From Takakia lepidozioides (Eukaryota > Plantae > Bryophyta): DNA of 64,000 nt. The translations under genes and the position numbers were made by a program. The notes below the pieces were generated by a model. The model saw nothing but the letters and a program-made list of their open reading frames with translations, did no database searches and was not told the origin of the DNA. Positions 36,191-57,420 of the stretch are shown here, one piece after another. The stretch is taken from contig CM060731.1 of the NCBI GenBank assembly GCA_030704615.1, positions 58,590,001-58,654,000 of the forward strand, written 5' to 3'. Numbering within the stretch: the stretch's first letter is position 1; each line of letters starts with the position of its first letter.

Positions 36191-39100
36191 CCACTTGAGA
36201 TAGCTCCTACGGTGTACTCATCATATGCAAATGTCTCCATCTGCGATCGCTACGTGAAACCCCTCCGGCTTAGGGTCGCGGTGACATCATCAGCCCAAAA
36301 CCCAAGCTGCAAGACACCCCTCCCGGCTTGAAACCGCGCCTGCTAAGACAAAGCGGTGACATCAAAGCATCCATCCCAGGCCCCTGCATATCTTCCGCTG
36401 GCTGGCGTTCCATGCTCAATGCCCAATGCAAGGCAGAACGTGAATTGGCAAATATATGACAGGAATATTGATATATTTCCCAATTCACATCTTGCCTTGC
36501 CTCGGCTCGATACTAAGAGAACAAACCGCGCCTGCTAAGACGAAGCGGGGACATCAAAGCCTGCATCAAAGGCCCCTGCATATCTTCTGCTGGCTGGCCT
36601 TCCATGCTCTCGGCTCCATACTAAGATAACAAAACAAGCCGAAGGGTGCTAAGTCCCAGCCCTCTCTGTTGGCGGCTACCCTAATGGGCAAACCTATAAG
36701 CAAATTTGCGAAGTTCTTCGGCACTTTGATTCATTCTAGTGTTCAGAGGCTAAAATCCGTCTACCAGGCTTCTCTAGAAAACCTAAACACCACGTAGACA
36801 AACATTTTGTAGTAGCTTAAGTAAAATGCATTGCCATTGCTCTAGTTTGAACACTTGTTAGTGAAATTATAGTAGAAACTTTCACTGTGAATTATTGAAA
36901 CTGAAATGTATATTGCAAAATATATTCTCATAATTGCAGTGTCCAATGTTTGGTTTGGGGTGATAATAATAATATTTGACGCCTCCCGAAGGAAGCGTAA
37001 ATTGTGGTGTCTCTTCAGCCCATGGGCTTACTGCCTTCCGTCTTAGGGTGATGGAATAAAGGACTATGTAATGAAACGTTTCATAGTTGTGGTGAGGCCA
37101 GTGTGCGTGATGCCAGTGTGCCATCAAGATCTAGACTCGGAAATATCCCATGTGCAACACCCAACTGACCGAGCAGGCAACTTCCATTTTCTTCTTACTA
37201 TCACCACATTGATGCGCCAACAATAGTACAATTGGATTTGTAGCTGTAGGATGGCACACATTGGTCGGTTGGTTTTTTAAATTTTGAAGTTTTTGAAGAA
37301 GAGGGATGAACTTCAACACTAGAGGTACTCAACCGCCTTCTCCGAAATCCCTTGATGCCATCACTTTCTTGGGAACAAATAATACTCTCCAATTCTTGCT
37401 GTACAGTTTGCTAATGTAATGCTTGTCGTGCCTCTTGAAGCTGTCTTTGTAATGTCTCCTCCTTCATTTTGTGAAGCTTGTCCATGTCCTCTTTTTATAT
37501 CAATAACTTCATCTCTACCATTCTGAAACGTTTCTGCATGTCCTCTTTTTCTCTCATTACCCTTGCCTCTTCCATTGTGTGATTCTTCTCTACGTCCTCG
37601 TTATCCAATCTGGTGAAGTTCTCAACCTGTAACAGATCCACACATGTGTAAGGAAATTCTCCCCCATTGCTTTCTGCCTAAATCGTCTTATTGGACGGAT
37701 ACCAAGGATTTGAAGCAGGTTGAGATGCCACTGTGTTTGCAAAGAACCATGGATTTGTGGACAAAGAACTCAAGACATGAGACAAAAGGTGGTATGTCAG
37801 CAAAATTTGATATTCCAAACTACAGTGTTGCGGTATGCTTCGCAACTCGCATCGCCGTTTGGCACAACAAGTGTTTTCTTGTTGTAGACCTCCAAATTCC
37901 TCAGCCACCAAAGTTTAATTCTTGTGAACAAACCACACTTCGCCACCAGCTTGTGCAATTGTGTCGACAGGTGCAGAATCCATTTTCTTCTGTTCATCCA
38001 GTATGCACTGTTTTCATGCAATCCATGCAGCTTGTTGTATATCATTTGATTTCTAAACCGAAATCGAAACAAGACTCCCATCTCATTTGGACACCGATCA
38101 GCGCGGCTCTCATCTTCCTACCCATGGATGATGTCACTTCAGAGATCAATCACACATACAAAAGCATAGGTTTCAATCTTTCTTGCTGAAATCTCAACTC
38201 TTTCTCGCAATTGCGATACATTCGTTTACTGTGGCCTAGGGGGGGCATGACGCAAAATGAGGTGAAGCGTTAACTTGCACCAACTAGGTACCAAACATTT
38301 CCTCCGATTGTGGAAGATGTGCATTGGACATTATGTGCACAAACATTGTATGGGAATCAACTTCCCTACAACTTTGTGGCCATGTTGTACGTGGAGTTGA
38401 TTTTGAGAAGCCGAGTGGAATGGCGAACTGCTACAAAGAGGAATGGGTAAACTATACTTGCGCTGCGACCTCCCTGTACATATGTTCGGAACCAAGTGGA
38501 AACAGATGCATTGCACACGCCAAAAAACAACATTGGAGGTGGGGATGCGACATATAGGTTTGGGAGGAAATGTGTTGCCGATGACTTCAATGATGAATCA
38601 TGAACTTGACATCAACTGAAATTCGTTCAAGGGGTGAGCAAATACATCCCTGCCAAATGATTTTTGTTTGATTTCATACTTTGCCAGTATGTTCAACATA
38701 CCATCGTTGCCCATCCATATGATTATTAATATGAGCTTTGAAGTTACTTTGCGAGTATGCTTTACATACTGTCCAAAAATGGAAAAGAGAAATATGATAT
38801 CAAATGGTTTTTGTTTGCTTTGAAACTTTGCCATTATGTTCGACATACCATCTCGTAGGTCTCGCATTAATATGAGATGAAACGAAATTCATTCAAGGGG
38901 TGATGAAATCGTTCACCATCAGCACATGGTTTTTGTTTCATTTGAAACATTGCCAATATGTTCAAAATACCATCTCAGAGGTCCCGGATTAATATATCTG
39001 GGATCAAGAGACACGCACAAAATTCCAACAAAGCTTATTCAACATTTCAAATATGCAACATGCACTAATTATTGTCGACAGAGAACAAGCTTATCAACAC

Positions 39101-39473
39101 TTTCAAAGAGGTAGACAAAGGGATAAGGACTTGAAGTGGTTCAATTACATTTCTATGACGTAATCACTGGTTCCTCATTCATTGATCGATACATATTCCA
39201 AGATACAGAAGTCAAAAATCATGCAAGTACATTTGTCAAAATTTGTGCGAGCAATTTGCAAGTTGCTATGGCTTGCAATGTCCACAATTGACATTGTCAA
39301 TTTTTCTAGTCCGAGTCTAGAAAGATAATGTTTGTATCCTCATCATTAGTGTCGTTCCGGTTGTCATGTCGGCTTGTTGGTGGAGACACCCCTTCATTGG
39401 ATGATGGTGGGTTCGCATCGGAGGAAGGCTTGTTAATGATGATGCCTCTTGCTCTGCTCATTGATCGGGTTTG

Positions 39474-39475
<2 letters not shown>

Positions 39476-39511
<36 letters not shown>
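39476..39511. repeat. poly-G homopolymer
   Basis: About 36 consecutive G. Confidence 0.9.
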
Positions 39512-40379
39512 CTAGCATGTTCATTTGTGCTTCATGATCCACCCTTGCATTAAACGACGTGATAAGGGTGATTGACCCAACGCACTGAATTGAGTATCTT
39601 CTTGTGTTTCACGGGGTGGGGAGGGCAAGATCCTAATGCATCCAGATACATCCCCACCCACATAACTCACCCTGAACTCATCGACAGCCATACTACCCAC
39701 CCTGGCTTTCACCTCACGCTGCAACTACAAAAGTAAGTTTCCCTTGGACTTTATGCTTCTCTGCGAATTTACCACTTCCCTCTGTTCCCCCCCTTCAACT
39801 CATCATGATATCAATTGCATCCCCTCTCTCTTTTCCCATACCACAACCTCTCTCAATTTTCTATGTCAACGAGAGGGGAAAGAAGGAAAGAGAAAGTAGA
39901 AGTTTGTTGCAACCATAGGAGTGCGACACAATGTAACACCCAGAGAACAATGAGCATGTCAAAGAAACCCAAACATTGCTTGGCAATGGAGTGCCTCATG
40001 CAAGTAAGTGCTAGTCAATTTGATCCTTGTACCTGAAGCCCACTGCCAGGGAATTTCTCCATACACTATCGTTTCTTACATATCATAGTTACAGTATCTT
40101 CATTCAGGCTGTTGGCGCTCTTTGAAAAATGACAAGCATTTATGCTCACATGTATACACTTTCTCTGAAGTGGCCGTATTGTATACCTCAAGTAAGCCAA
40201 TCCGGGTGTTTTTTCACAAGTTTAGGGCCCAACTAGGTTACTGGAGAATTATGCCAGCACACAATGGAAGACTGTTGACCGTGTGACACTTGAGCATTGG
40301 TCACAAAACCCTGCCAATTCCTCACTACGTGTAGGGAATTCCAAAAATTCCCATTTTTTTATGGATCTCACCTCACCAA

Positions 40380-40610
40380 TGCACCAACCTCTATAGGTAT
40401 ACCAAACAGGATCACTACTACCTAATGACAATGCCTCTACTAGCATATATAGCTAAGTTTCTTTGTAAACCAAGCGTTATACCTCTGCAGGCAGGTATAC
40501 TAATCAGGGCTACTACCTCATGACAATACCTCCACATAAATATACACCGATTTAGCAAAATATATTTGTAAATCAAACGCTATACCTCTGTAGGTATACC
40601 AAACAGGGAA
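40380..40610. repeat. degenerate tandem repeat of about 100 bp (ACCTCT...AGGTATAC)
   Basis: Anchors at about 40387, 40480 and 40583. Confidence 0.7.
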
Positions 40611-42154
40611 ACTTGTCTTGTTTCTCTCTAGAATCAACACATGTTTCCTACTGCATCTCCAATTTACATGTTGACCTAGAGTGTTGAGGTCTTGAGGAAC
40701 ATATAAGATATGATAGTTCAAAACACAATGCTGTGTAAGGAGAAATGGTGTAAAGAACAAACAACATCGCACCTTCACAGACCCTGTGAATACAATATAG
40801 CAGATATTGCCCTTCTGTCCTTGGTTTTACAAACTGCCACCCAACAGTGGTAGCTCTCACAATGATGCAATATGTGCGTTGACAGCTTCATAACACTTTC
40901 CTCCGGAGGTATGCATGAATAGTACCACATAACAACCATGACATCCACCTCTCACTAGAGGGGGCCGAAGGCCTGCTGCAAAGCAATTGAGAAAATATGC
41001 CTTCAAATAGTTGACATAGAAAAATGATGGTAAAAAAAGAAGTGAAGTAAATGAAGACATACCCTTCGAGTTGGGATCATGCCGCTCATAGCCCACCACC
41101 TTGCACACCTGTCGTTGCAAATATAGGAGCTTGAAAACAAACTTGTTTGAGCTCAGTAAGTTTAAGCATCCCTCTATTCTTACATTGGTAGGAAAGGTCA
41201 CGAACCGCTGATCATATCCACAACAATGACATGTTTCTGAGGGCTAGATCAATGATTCATTTGACGGTATATCCTAACAAAACAGTGTCCTGTCTGTCTG
41301 TTCCATAATTGTTTATCTCAATCTATCCATTTGTTCCACAATTTGAATTGGAATGTTGGAAAGTTAAAATTGCCTTGCTGATGTTCCTCTATGAAGTGAG
41401 GCCAGTAAACCTGGGGGCCAGGCAGGTGCTTAGGTCAGACCATATAGAGGAATCCAATTGTGCTGCCTTAGTAATACACAACCAGCTTTCACTAATGGCA
41501 AACAGAGTCAGTGGGGAGTGTCAACTTGCCCTCTAGCCGTTTTGAGAAAGGAAGATCGCAAATGAACGTCACATTGGTGACAAGTTCTTCCAGTAAAGTA
41601 AAGTCACTTGCAGTTCTCTCCCTCGAGCTTTTCCATGGAAGAACAGCCATGGAAGTGGGACACATGCACACAACAAAAGGGTTACATGCAAAAAGAAACA
41701 AGAGCATAACACCCCCAACAGTGGTACAGAGCAGTGGTCCAACACATTCAAACATTCTGCATCTAAGAGGAGGGAGAAGGAACGGGGAGGAGGGTCAGGC
41801 TAGGTCGGGGAATGCGTACAAGAAGTGTGATATGGAGTCCAATCCACTGAACAATTTCTCCTTTCCAAGGAGATATGGTTCATCGTCATATGGACAGGAT
41901 CTCGCGGTATTAGGAGGCATTGAGCTCATTCCATTTTGGAGCCCATATGTCCCAATGCCTGCTGAAATTCATCACCAATAGCCTTAGGATATGTGCAAAC
42001 AATTGGGTTTAGGGTTTTTGGACTCCCACATAGAAAGTCGTCATTATATATGTAGTTGATTGTCCTAGGGTAGAGTTGGGCAGGTGAGCATTACTTTCCT
42101 ATAAGTCTGCTAGCAATCAATAACTGTATTTTTCCTGTCTGTAGTGTGGTCGTA

Positions 42155-42356
42155 CCTTGTATCGTCATGTGAGATTTTCGATCTTCATTTTGCATCGCTT
42201 GCTGGTCTTGGCCGTGCCCTCATCGTGTGCGCTTACATGGATGGCCACCTCTGTCCAATGCCGGCCTCTCAGATTTCCTCTTTGAAGAGACACATACTTC
42301 TCCTCATAGATATAAAGCAGTGAATGAATGGCACCATGGCTCCATTCGCCCGTCAA
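42155..42356 (-). pseudogene. trihelix / Myb-SANT-like DNA-binding domain remnant (ASIL/SIP1-like, or a Harbinger Myb ORF)
   Basis: EWSHGAIHSLLYIYEEKYVSLQRGNLRGRHWTEVAIHVS...KTSKRCKMKIENLT*RYK|GT shows the W-W-C trihelix pattern with a premature TGA. Confidence 0.75.
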
Positions 42357-42430
42357 TTTATTTTCCCTACTGTCCCATTCCTGGACGGGCGAGAATAGAC
42401 GGGCAACATGTATTTTCAGCTTATACTCTC

Positions 42431-42450
42431 GTATGTATATATGTATATGA

Positions 42451-42481
<31 letters not shown>
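42431..42481. repeat. (TA)n-rich microsatellite
   Basis: Interrupted TA dinucleotide run. Confidence 0.85.
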
Positions 42482-43370
42482 AGTTAAAATTTATAGATTA
42501 CAATTCAATTGAATTGCAAATTAGGGTTGTTTTCAAGCTAGTTTTTGCAGTTCAATTGAATTGCAAGGGCAATTCAATTGAATTGTGCACTTTTAGGGAG
42601 CTGATCAAGTGAATTGCGATGCATTTCACATCAAGGCCTTTTTGGAATTCCCTAGCCATGATCATGTGCCCAGTCTGGGTGCTTGCCACAAAGTTGAAAC
42701 AATTGAAGTTTGAAGCAGTAGTTACACCAGTGTTATTTTTCTGGCGAAAAATCGCCAGATATCGACTTGGAAAATAGGTCAGCTACTTGTACAAACGAAT
42801 TATGGGGGGTAAATCCGAAAATTTCATCAAGAAGCGCTAGTAGTTGAGAATTAGGAGCCTAATTTTACAGACATGGACCAGTTAAGACGTGGCACCATGT
42901 ATATTGCCACTTTTCTAGCCCTGCCACCTTGTTATTCTTGCCACATGGGCACTGGATAGAATTCACATGTGCGATTTTGGAAAAATGAAGGACTCAAAAT
43001 GTCCAAGGTGGTACAAAGAGGAAAAAATAACCTATAAAGTTCATTAGGCCTCTGTCCCTCTTCCATTTTAAAAAAAAAGAAAAGAAAAAGAAAAAAACTA
43101 AATCGACAGCACACTCTCCCTCGATCACTTGTCCCCATCATGTGACCACTGCGTGTGCGCAATCATGCTCGCTGCTGATGACGTTGCCTTGTCTGCAGGT
43201 TGTGCAATTACTGTACATTATTACCTTCGTGCCCTCGGACGAAGCACCCTTTCAATAATTCTTCATGTCGGACTTGATGGTGCTAGATTAGCTGCCATAA
43301 CACATATTTATGGCATAATTCACATCAATTGTAAACAGTTTTGCCCATCACACTGCCACCAGACTACTGA

Positions 43371-43796
43371 GGGCCGTACCACACTAGCGGCACACCAACG
43401 GCACTGACGTGGACGTTGCAGGCTAGGGATTGTTGGACGACATAGGTCCATGTCACCAAGCAGCAATGAGTGAGCTACCCCACTATAGCAGAAGCCCAAC
43501 GGCAAAAAAATCGGTAGGAGAGACCATCGCATGCCGGGGTTGGAGAGACCAGCTTCGCGATGGTGGGAGAATCGCGTCAGGACAAAATGTCTTCCTAAAA
43601 TTGTGGATTTCCAGGGGACACTGCCTGGAAATCCGTATTTCACGGTAATGTGACATGTAGGCGCCAGGTCGGAGCCTCTCCACCGGCAGCAGCCGTTAGT
43701 GTGGTAGGTAGAGCGGCACACTGCCCTCCCTTAAACCAATAGGAGGGTCCGAAATTGAGTGCCGCTGCCCCTCTTGCCGCTAGTGTGGTACGGCCC
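43371..43796. mobile_element. PIF/Harbinger (Tourist-like) MITE, 426 bp
   Basis: Perfect 22-bp TIR GGGCCGTACCACACTAGCGGCA / TGCCGCTAGTGTGGTACGGCCC with a 3-bp TSD TGA on both sides. Confidence 0.88.
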
Positions 43797-44280
43797 TGAT
43801 AACTCCTGACGAGATTCAAGGTGTTGATCGACAACAATCAGGGCATCTCTAAGTATGACTCTCATCTCATCTTTCTCTCTACATATATGCAGTGTCAATC
43901 ATACAAGCCCTTTCTGTCATGCTTGGACAATAATTCAAAGGAACTTAATCCTAGTCCAACAGCGCAATATCGCGCACACAACCTACATAATGTCGTTGCA
44001 TGCTCAAGGAAAATTGTGAGTGGGTATGTGTTGCTCTGCTTTGCAAGTCTCCAACATAGACCAGCTTCATCACAGTGAGATCCGACACTTGGGTTCCTTG
44101 TTTCTTCCCAACACAAAGCCAACTTCGATCTAAGTGAATGGGAGAGTAACCCTTTCTTGCATACATATTCGCATACAAACCCCATCCTAAGACAAGTGGT
44201 TTCTAGGGTTGAACCCAAGATCACCCAAAATTGTTTTATTTAGTGATAACAAGAGTTCATTCACGGAGGGGAAAACGAGA

Positions 44281-44337
44281 AAACCCTAAAAAAAGTACGA
44301 GAAGAGCAAACAAAGGTGCGAGGAAGGTTTAGGGTTT
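44281..44337. promoter_or_regulatory. two telo-boxes in opposite orientation upstream of the DEAH helicase
   Basis: AAACCCTAA at 44281-44289 and TTAGGGTTT at 44329-44337, within 100 bp of the ATG. Confidence 0.55.
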
Positions 44338-44373
44338 GTGTGGGGGTGGTGGATTCCTGTGGATGCAGAATCA

Positions 44374-52502
<8,129 letters not shown>

Positions 52503-53769
52503 CCTTTCTGCAAGATAATATGCAGACAGATCCTAGTCTATTCATGAGATGGAAAGAGAGATTATCACGCGTTTTTGTTTATGAAGTTTGTTGGGAGAGA
52601 GAGAGGAGAGGGTATGAGGAGAAAGTGAAACCGAGAGAAAGGAGACGAAGACAAGGGAAATTTAAAGTTTTTTAGCCTACTGCTCATCGCACGGAAAGAA
52701 GGAAAGAAAGAAGGAAAGGAACTTTTACATCCAGAAAAGCAGGCACCACACCTGAAAACCCACCATTCAGCATTGTGTGATTCTGAAGCTGAGGGACCTC
52801 ATGTAAATATTCTGCAAGGCATCTATATTCTCATAACAAGGCGAAGGTAGTGATCTTGTGGCGGCTTAGGATCTCTTGCCTCATTATGACCTTATTCATC
52901 CTTCCTGACAGAACTTCATTACTTGTATTTTTTTGGCTTCACACCGTGACATATGGCCGTTGGTATTATGACTCGTGCATGGCAACCCTAGGAGGTGGCT
53001 ACATCCTGGCCGTTAAGATGAGTGACGGTTTAGATTCATTATCCTTGCGGCTGGCCATTCACGTCGAGCCATGTGGCAGGCTGGTTAAACCCGGGTCTGC
53101 TGTATAAGTTACAGATGATGAACTCTGTTCGGTGCCAGATTGCTCCTCTACGTGTATGATTCCCTTCTTTGTAGCCAAGTCCGCTATTCCTGTCTACTTT
53201 TCCCCGGTGACATCTCGGAGAATGAAGAGCGAACATCTCTCTAGCACAAAAGGAGTCTTCACAATCTCACAGAAGAGAACACAGCGAAAGCAGAGCGGAA
53301 ATGCTCTGAAGTAGCCTGTCTTGTTTGGGGCAAGCAGGGCAATGCTTTCAGCATGTCACAGCCTGACATAGGCAGGATTTGATCTGCAGACCATGTGAGC
53401 CCAAAATCCCTAAAAGTGAAATGCAAGCCTAGTTTTGTGCACTAGTGGCCCGTGCGGTTTAATAGCTACATGTTAAACGAAATGCGGCCCAATGGCATCT
53501 TGAAGGCATTTGTACTGGAATGGAGATTTTTGTTGAAGTACAGCATTTTGAAGAGTAGTGTGGTGCCCTTCTCACATATGTGGTTCGTCTTTGCTTCTTT
53601 GTCTTATGCATCAATAGTTTCTTTGGTTAGAAATTTGAAAACACTGGATAATTTGTCCATCTTGGAGTCATTACTTGTTTCCTTGTCTACTTTATGGGTA
53701 GAAAACAAATCTAGCCTCTTATAGCCAAAGCCTCAATCTTGCCCCTTGCTATGTGCATTTCCAGGTTCC

Positions 53770-54470
53770 ATACACCCTCAATAGTTATATAGGCCTTTCG
53801 AGTAATCCCGTCTAAACGATGGAGTCTTTTCAGAACATCAAACCCGAGCTCTCGCCTTTCATCGAAAGTGGATCCCCAGAATGCCGTTCGGATAGCTAGG
53901 GTCTTTCTCCAATCGAGATATTGGCAACACTATAGATCGCAGCAGGGTTGGCTACGCACTTCTCTAACTGCCTGCACGAAGCGATGTGTCTTATATTTTT
54001 TGGATTCGTCGTCTTTTGGATCTTTCTTCGGTCTGTTGAAATGACAGTATGTTGATTTCTTCACGCCTTTCTCATTATCATCAAAGTCTCTAACTGTCCC
54101 TGACCTAAAGTAGGTCTGCAACTCGTCTGATAGAATCCTACCACTTTCTCTTATGCGTGTTTGTTTCAATGGCCACTTGACGAGAGACATCAAAGTGCTC
54201 GATCCTCCAGTCAAGATTATGGTGATCAGCACCCCAACATGATCCTCCCCCAACTTCTTACAGAGTATGACTTTGTCAGGAATGCAAGCTTGAATTCTCC
54301 CCTTGTACATCGCATTTTTATCATCTCCAAGTAGCAGACACATCTTATTTCTCCAACTGTTCCCACCGAGGCCATGATCGATATCCTTCGAGAGATTGGA
54401 ATTTCCGTAGTCATCTTCAAATGAATCCTTTTCATCCTCCTTATTGGTGTTAAAGACATAACGAGGTAAT
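53770..54470 (-). mobile_element. N-terminal fragment of a probable DNA-transposon protein (Cys-rich CC..CC motif)
   Basis: PCCDL*CCQYLDWRKTLAIRTAFWGSTFDERRELGFDVLKRLH...YITIEG resembles N-termini of repetitive bryophyte transposase-like proteins. The family is not established. Confidence 0.4.
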
Positions 54471-54479
54471 GGATTGATA

Positions 54480-57420
54480 TCCTTTGTGGGAGATGACGAG
54501 CAGCATATTGAGACTGGTGTGTGGGTGAACTGGGGATAGGTTTGAATGGACTGGTCCTGGATAGATAGGGTTAATGTGATGGTATCGATGTGAAAGGAGT
54601 ACCCTTCCATGACTTGGCCAGTGGAGTTCACCACAAAGAGGATGGTTAGCTTGGTGAGCCAAATCACTAATGTCCAGTAATTAGAGGTCGGCTGTGTGGG
54701 ACCAGCTCTGAGAAGACTATCCATTGGGCGGGGATGGTTTGAATTAAAGCATCATACCCATGACTGGCTCTGACTGTTCCCACCAAGTTTGAGATGGTTT
54801 GCTTGGATACGAAGCATCCTTGTTTCCAAATATCTGCGATTTTTGTGATGCCCCTAGAGTCCCACGCCGACCATTTCTTTGCCTGCTGTCTCTGGTTTGT
54901 AGAGGCAACATTACTAAAGCGACTGTCTAAGAGTTTCATGGAAGGATGTAGGTTCTGACTTTGCGAGGAACGGACGCAAGAGAGCCCATGCCTGCCAGAT
55001 GGCATTCCACAGGGTGGAGCCTATGTTTTTGTGCTTGAAGCCATTCACAATCCAACGGAAGGAGGGTTTCCAGATTGCTGATTTAAGAGGGGTAGCCATT
55101 GCGATGTTGTCCGCCACTAAGAACTTCCACCATCCCCCCTCTGGACCCAGGAACCTAGGGATCCATTTTGCCAGCAAGGCAATTATCTGTCTATCAAGGT
55201 CTATGATTCCGAGCCCGCCTTTCTTCTTTGGGAGGCAAATTTGCTTCCATGAGACTTGTGGACGTTTCTTCTCATTGTGGTTGCTTGCACCCCATATAGA
55301 GTTCCTCAATAGTTTTCTGGCCTCCTTTATGTGGGACGAGGCAGGTTTCCACGAAGCAGAGAAGAACCAAAGGCCTCCTTCTAAAATCTGATTGGTGACA
55401 ATTGCCTTGCCTGTAATGGACAGGTGATGGGAGCCCCTGTGGGCAAGCTTGGATTTAAGTTTTGACATTATCGGCCCAAAGCGCTGTTGGTCTGTAAGTC
55501 AATGCCGAACGTGTATCCCAACATCATTGTTGTTTGGCCTGGTTGAAGCCATCGTAATCCCTTGTCAGCCCCCCATGTGGACTGGGTACCTATTTGGGAC
55601 TGTGAAGTGTCTCCTACTAGCAAAGCGCATGTCTTTCCCCAGTTCACTTTGAAGCCAGAGGCCTCACAGAAGGTCTCTAGAGTTTGAGCAGCACTATTCA
55701 AGTTTGCAGGGTTTGATTGGAGCGCCATAAATGTATCGTCGACAAACATGGATTCTCTTATCGGGGTTGGTTGTCGAGTAACATGGTTGATGGTTTTTAG
55801 GCCTGTGATGGCTCGGTTTGCTTGCAGCATGTGACCTAGAGTATCCGCTGCAATAAGGGACAAAAAGGGAGACAGTGGACATCCTTGGCGCACGGATCTG
55901 AGGACAGAGAAAGGTTTGGATAGATGCCCATTGATGAGCACTCTGCTTGAAGCTCCAAACAGTAGGATTTTAACCCATTGGCAAAAGCCCGTGGAACCTA
56001 TCTTCTCCAGGGCTCCCAATAGGAAAGACCACTATACCCTATCGAACGCTTTTTCGAAGTCTAATTGTAAGAGGGAGATGGCCTGATTGGTTCTTCTAGC
56101 ATAGTGTGGTATTTCCTGGGTCACCAGTAAATTATCTAAGATGTACCTCCCCTTAATGAACCCTGTCTGGCCACGCCTAATGATGGTAGGTAGGAGAGGT
56201 TGGAGACGTCTTGCAAGCGCTTTGGCTATGATTTTGTATGCCACATTTAGCAGTGTGATTGGTCTGTACTTTGGTATGTTTGTGCAATCACCCTTCTTAA
56301 AGAGTAGTATGATTACCCCCTGCATCATTGCTGGTGGAATTTGTTTTTGCTAGAAGATAAAGTTGGCCATTTCAGTGAAGTCCCTCGAGATGTTATTTAT
56401 AGAACTCTACCGGGATTCCATCAATCCCTGGTGACTTGCCGTTGTGGAGCTTGGTCAGTGCATCTTTCAGCTCAGTGTCCGTGAATGGACCTTCCAGCGC
56501 CTGAGCCATAGTTGGAGAGAGGAGGGTTGGTGTTTGGGAAAGACAGTGTTGTTGGATATCAGAGAGAAACGAAGGCTGGTGGTCACTGAGGAATAGAGAT
56601 TGGAAGTGGTTGAAGACAAGGCCTGTCATGGCTCTCGGAGAGGATGTGATACATCCTGAGGTTTGATCCTTAAGGCCAAAGATGTTTTGGGCCGCCCTTT
56701 TGTGTTTGGTTTTGTTGAAAAAATACTTGGTCATCTTCTCCCCTTGAGTAGACCAATTGATTCCGGCCTGCAGTTTAAGTTTCTCGTCGTTTAGGTTTTG
56801 GAAATGCTCCATGTTCGCCCTAGCTTCCATGTATGTGTGGAAAGTAGCTTCATTACATCGTGGGCTCTCCATTCTTATCTGGCAGACTTTGAGACATCTC
56901 TGCGTAGTTGGTAGTATCGAGACCACAGATTTGCTGTTTTTTATATTACACCAGTCTATATAAAGTGCCCGCCACTGAACAATCTTGAGCTTGATCTCAT
57001 GATCCACCAATTTACTGCTCTACCACAGACAATTAGTTTGGTCCCTATGATCTTCTCAGCCGCAGACGTGACAAAACTCTCCCAAGAATCCCAGCTCGTT
57101 CGACTTTGCTTCTTTCATTATCTACGCAAGAAGAGAGGTCTTGAAGTGATTGGATCAAGTGTGGGAAACTGCCTTCCCCTGTTCTGGAAATTTTCCACCA
57201 TTTTTTTATTGAATGTTTCACAAATCTATTGGTGTTAGAAAACACCTTTTGATCTCAGTCCAAGCAAGAAAGTGGTTAGAACATCCAATATCGGTTCTAT
57301 CAACCGCCATTTTGGCACACTGGGGGAACTACTCCTTATCCACAACAAGATAATCAACATTGATGGACCTTCCCCAGTTTGGACAGGAGATAGAATGTAC
57401 TAAAATAACACTTCGTTTGT
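54480..57420 (-). mobile_element. decayed L1/Tx1-type LINE ORF2 (end of APE, RT, post-RT)
   Basis: GCSNHF (SDH-like), GKSPGIDGIPVEFYK, YRPITLLNVAYKIIAK, LDFEKAFDRV, VRQGCPLSP, FVDDT and VSWKQICLPKKKGGLGI. Stops and frameshifts. Confidence 0.92.

Noticed and set aside
53430-53465. Helitron 3' end (ACTAG..GCCCGTGCG)
   Set aside because: The second arm of the hairpin is missing and no Rep/helicase motifs are recognisable.
53930-54724. 264-aa ORF as a single gene
   Set aside because: Chance in-frame fusion of a LINE 3' part and an unrelated TE fragment, with the junction near 54470-54480.
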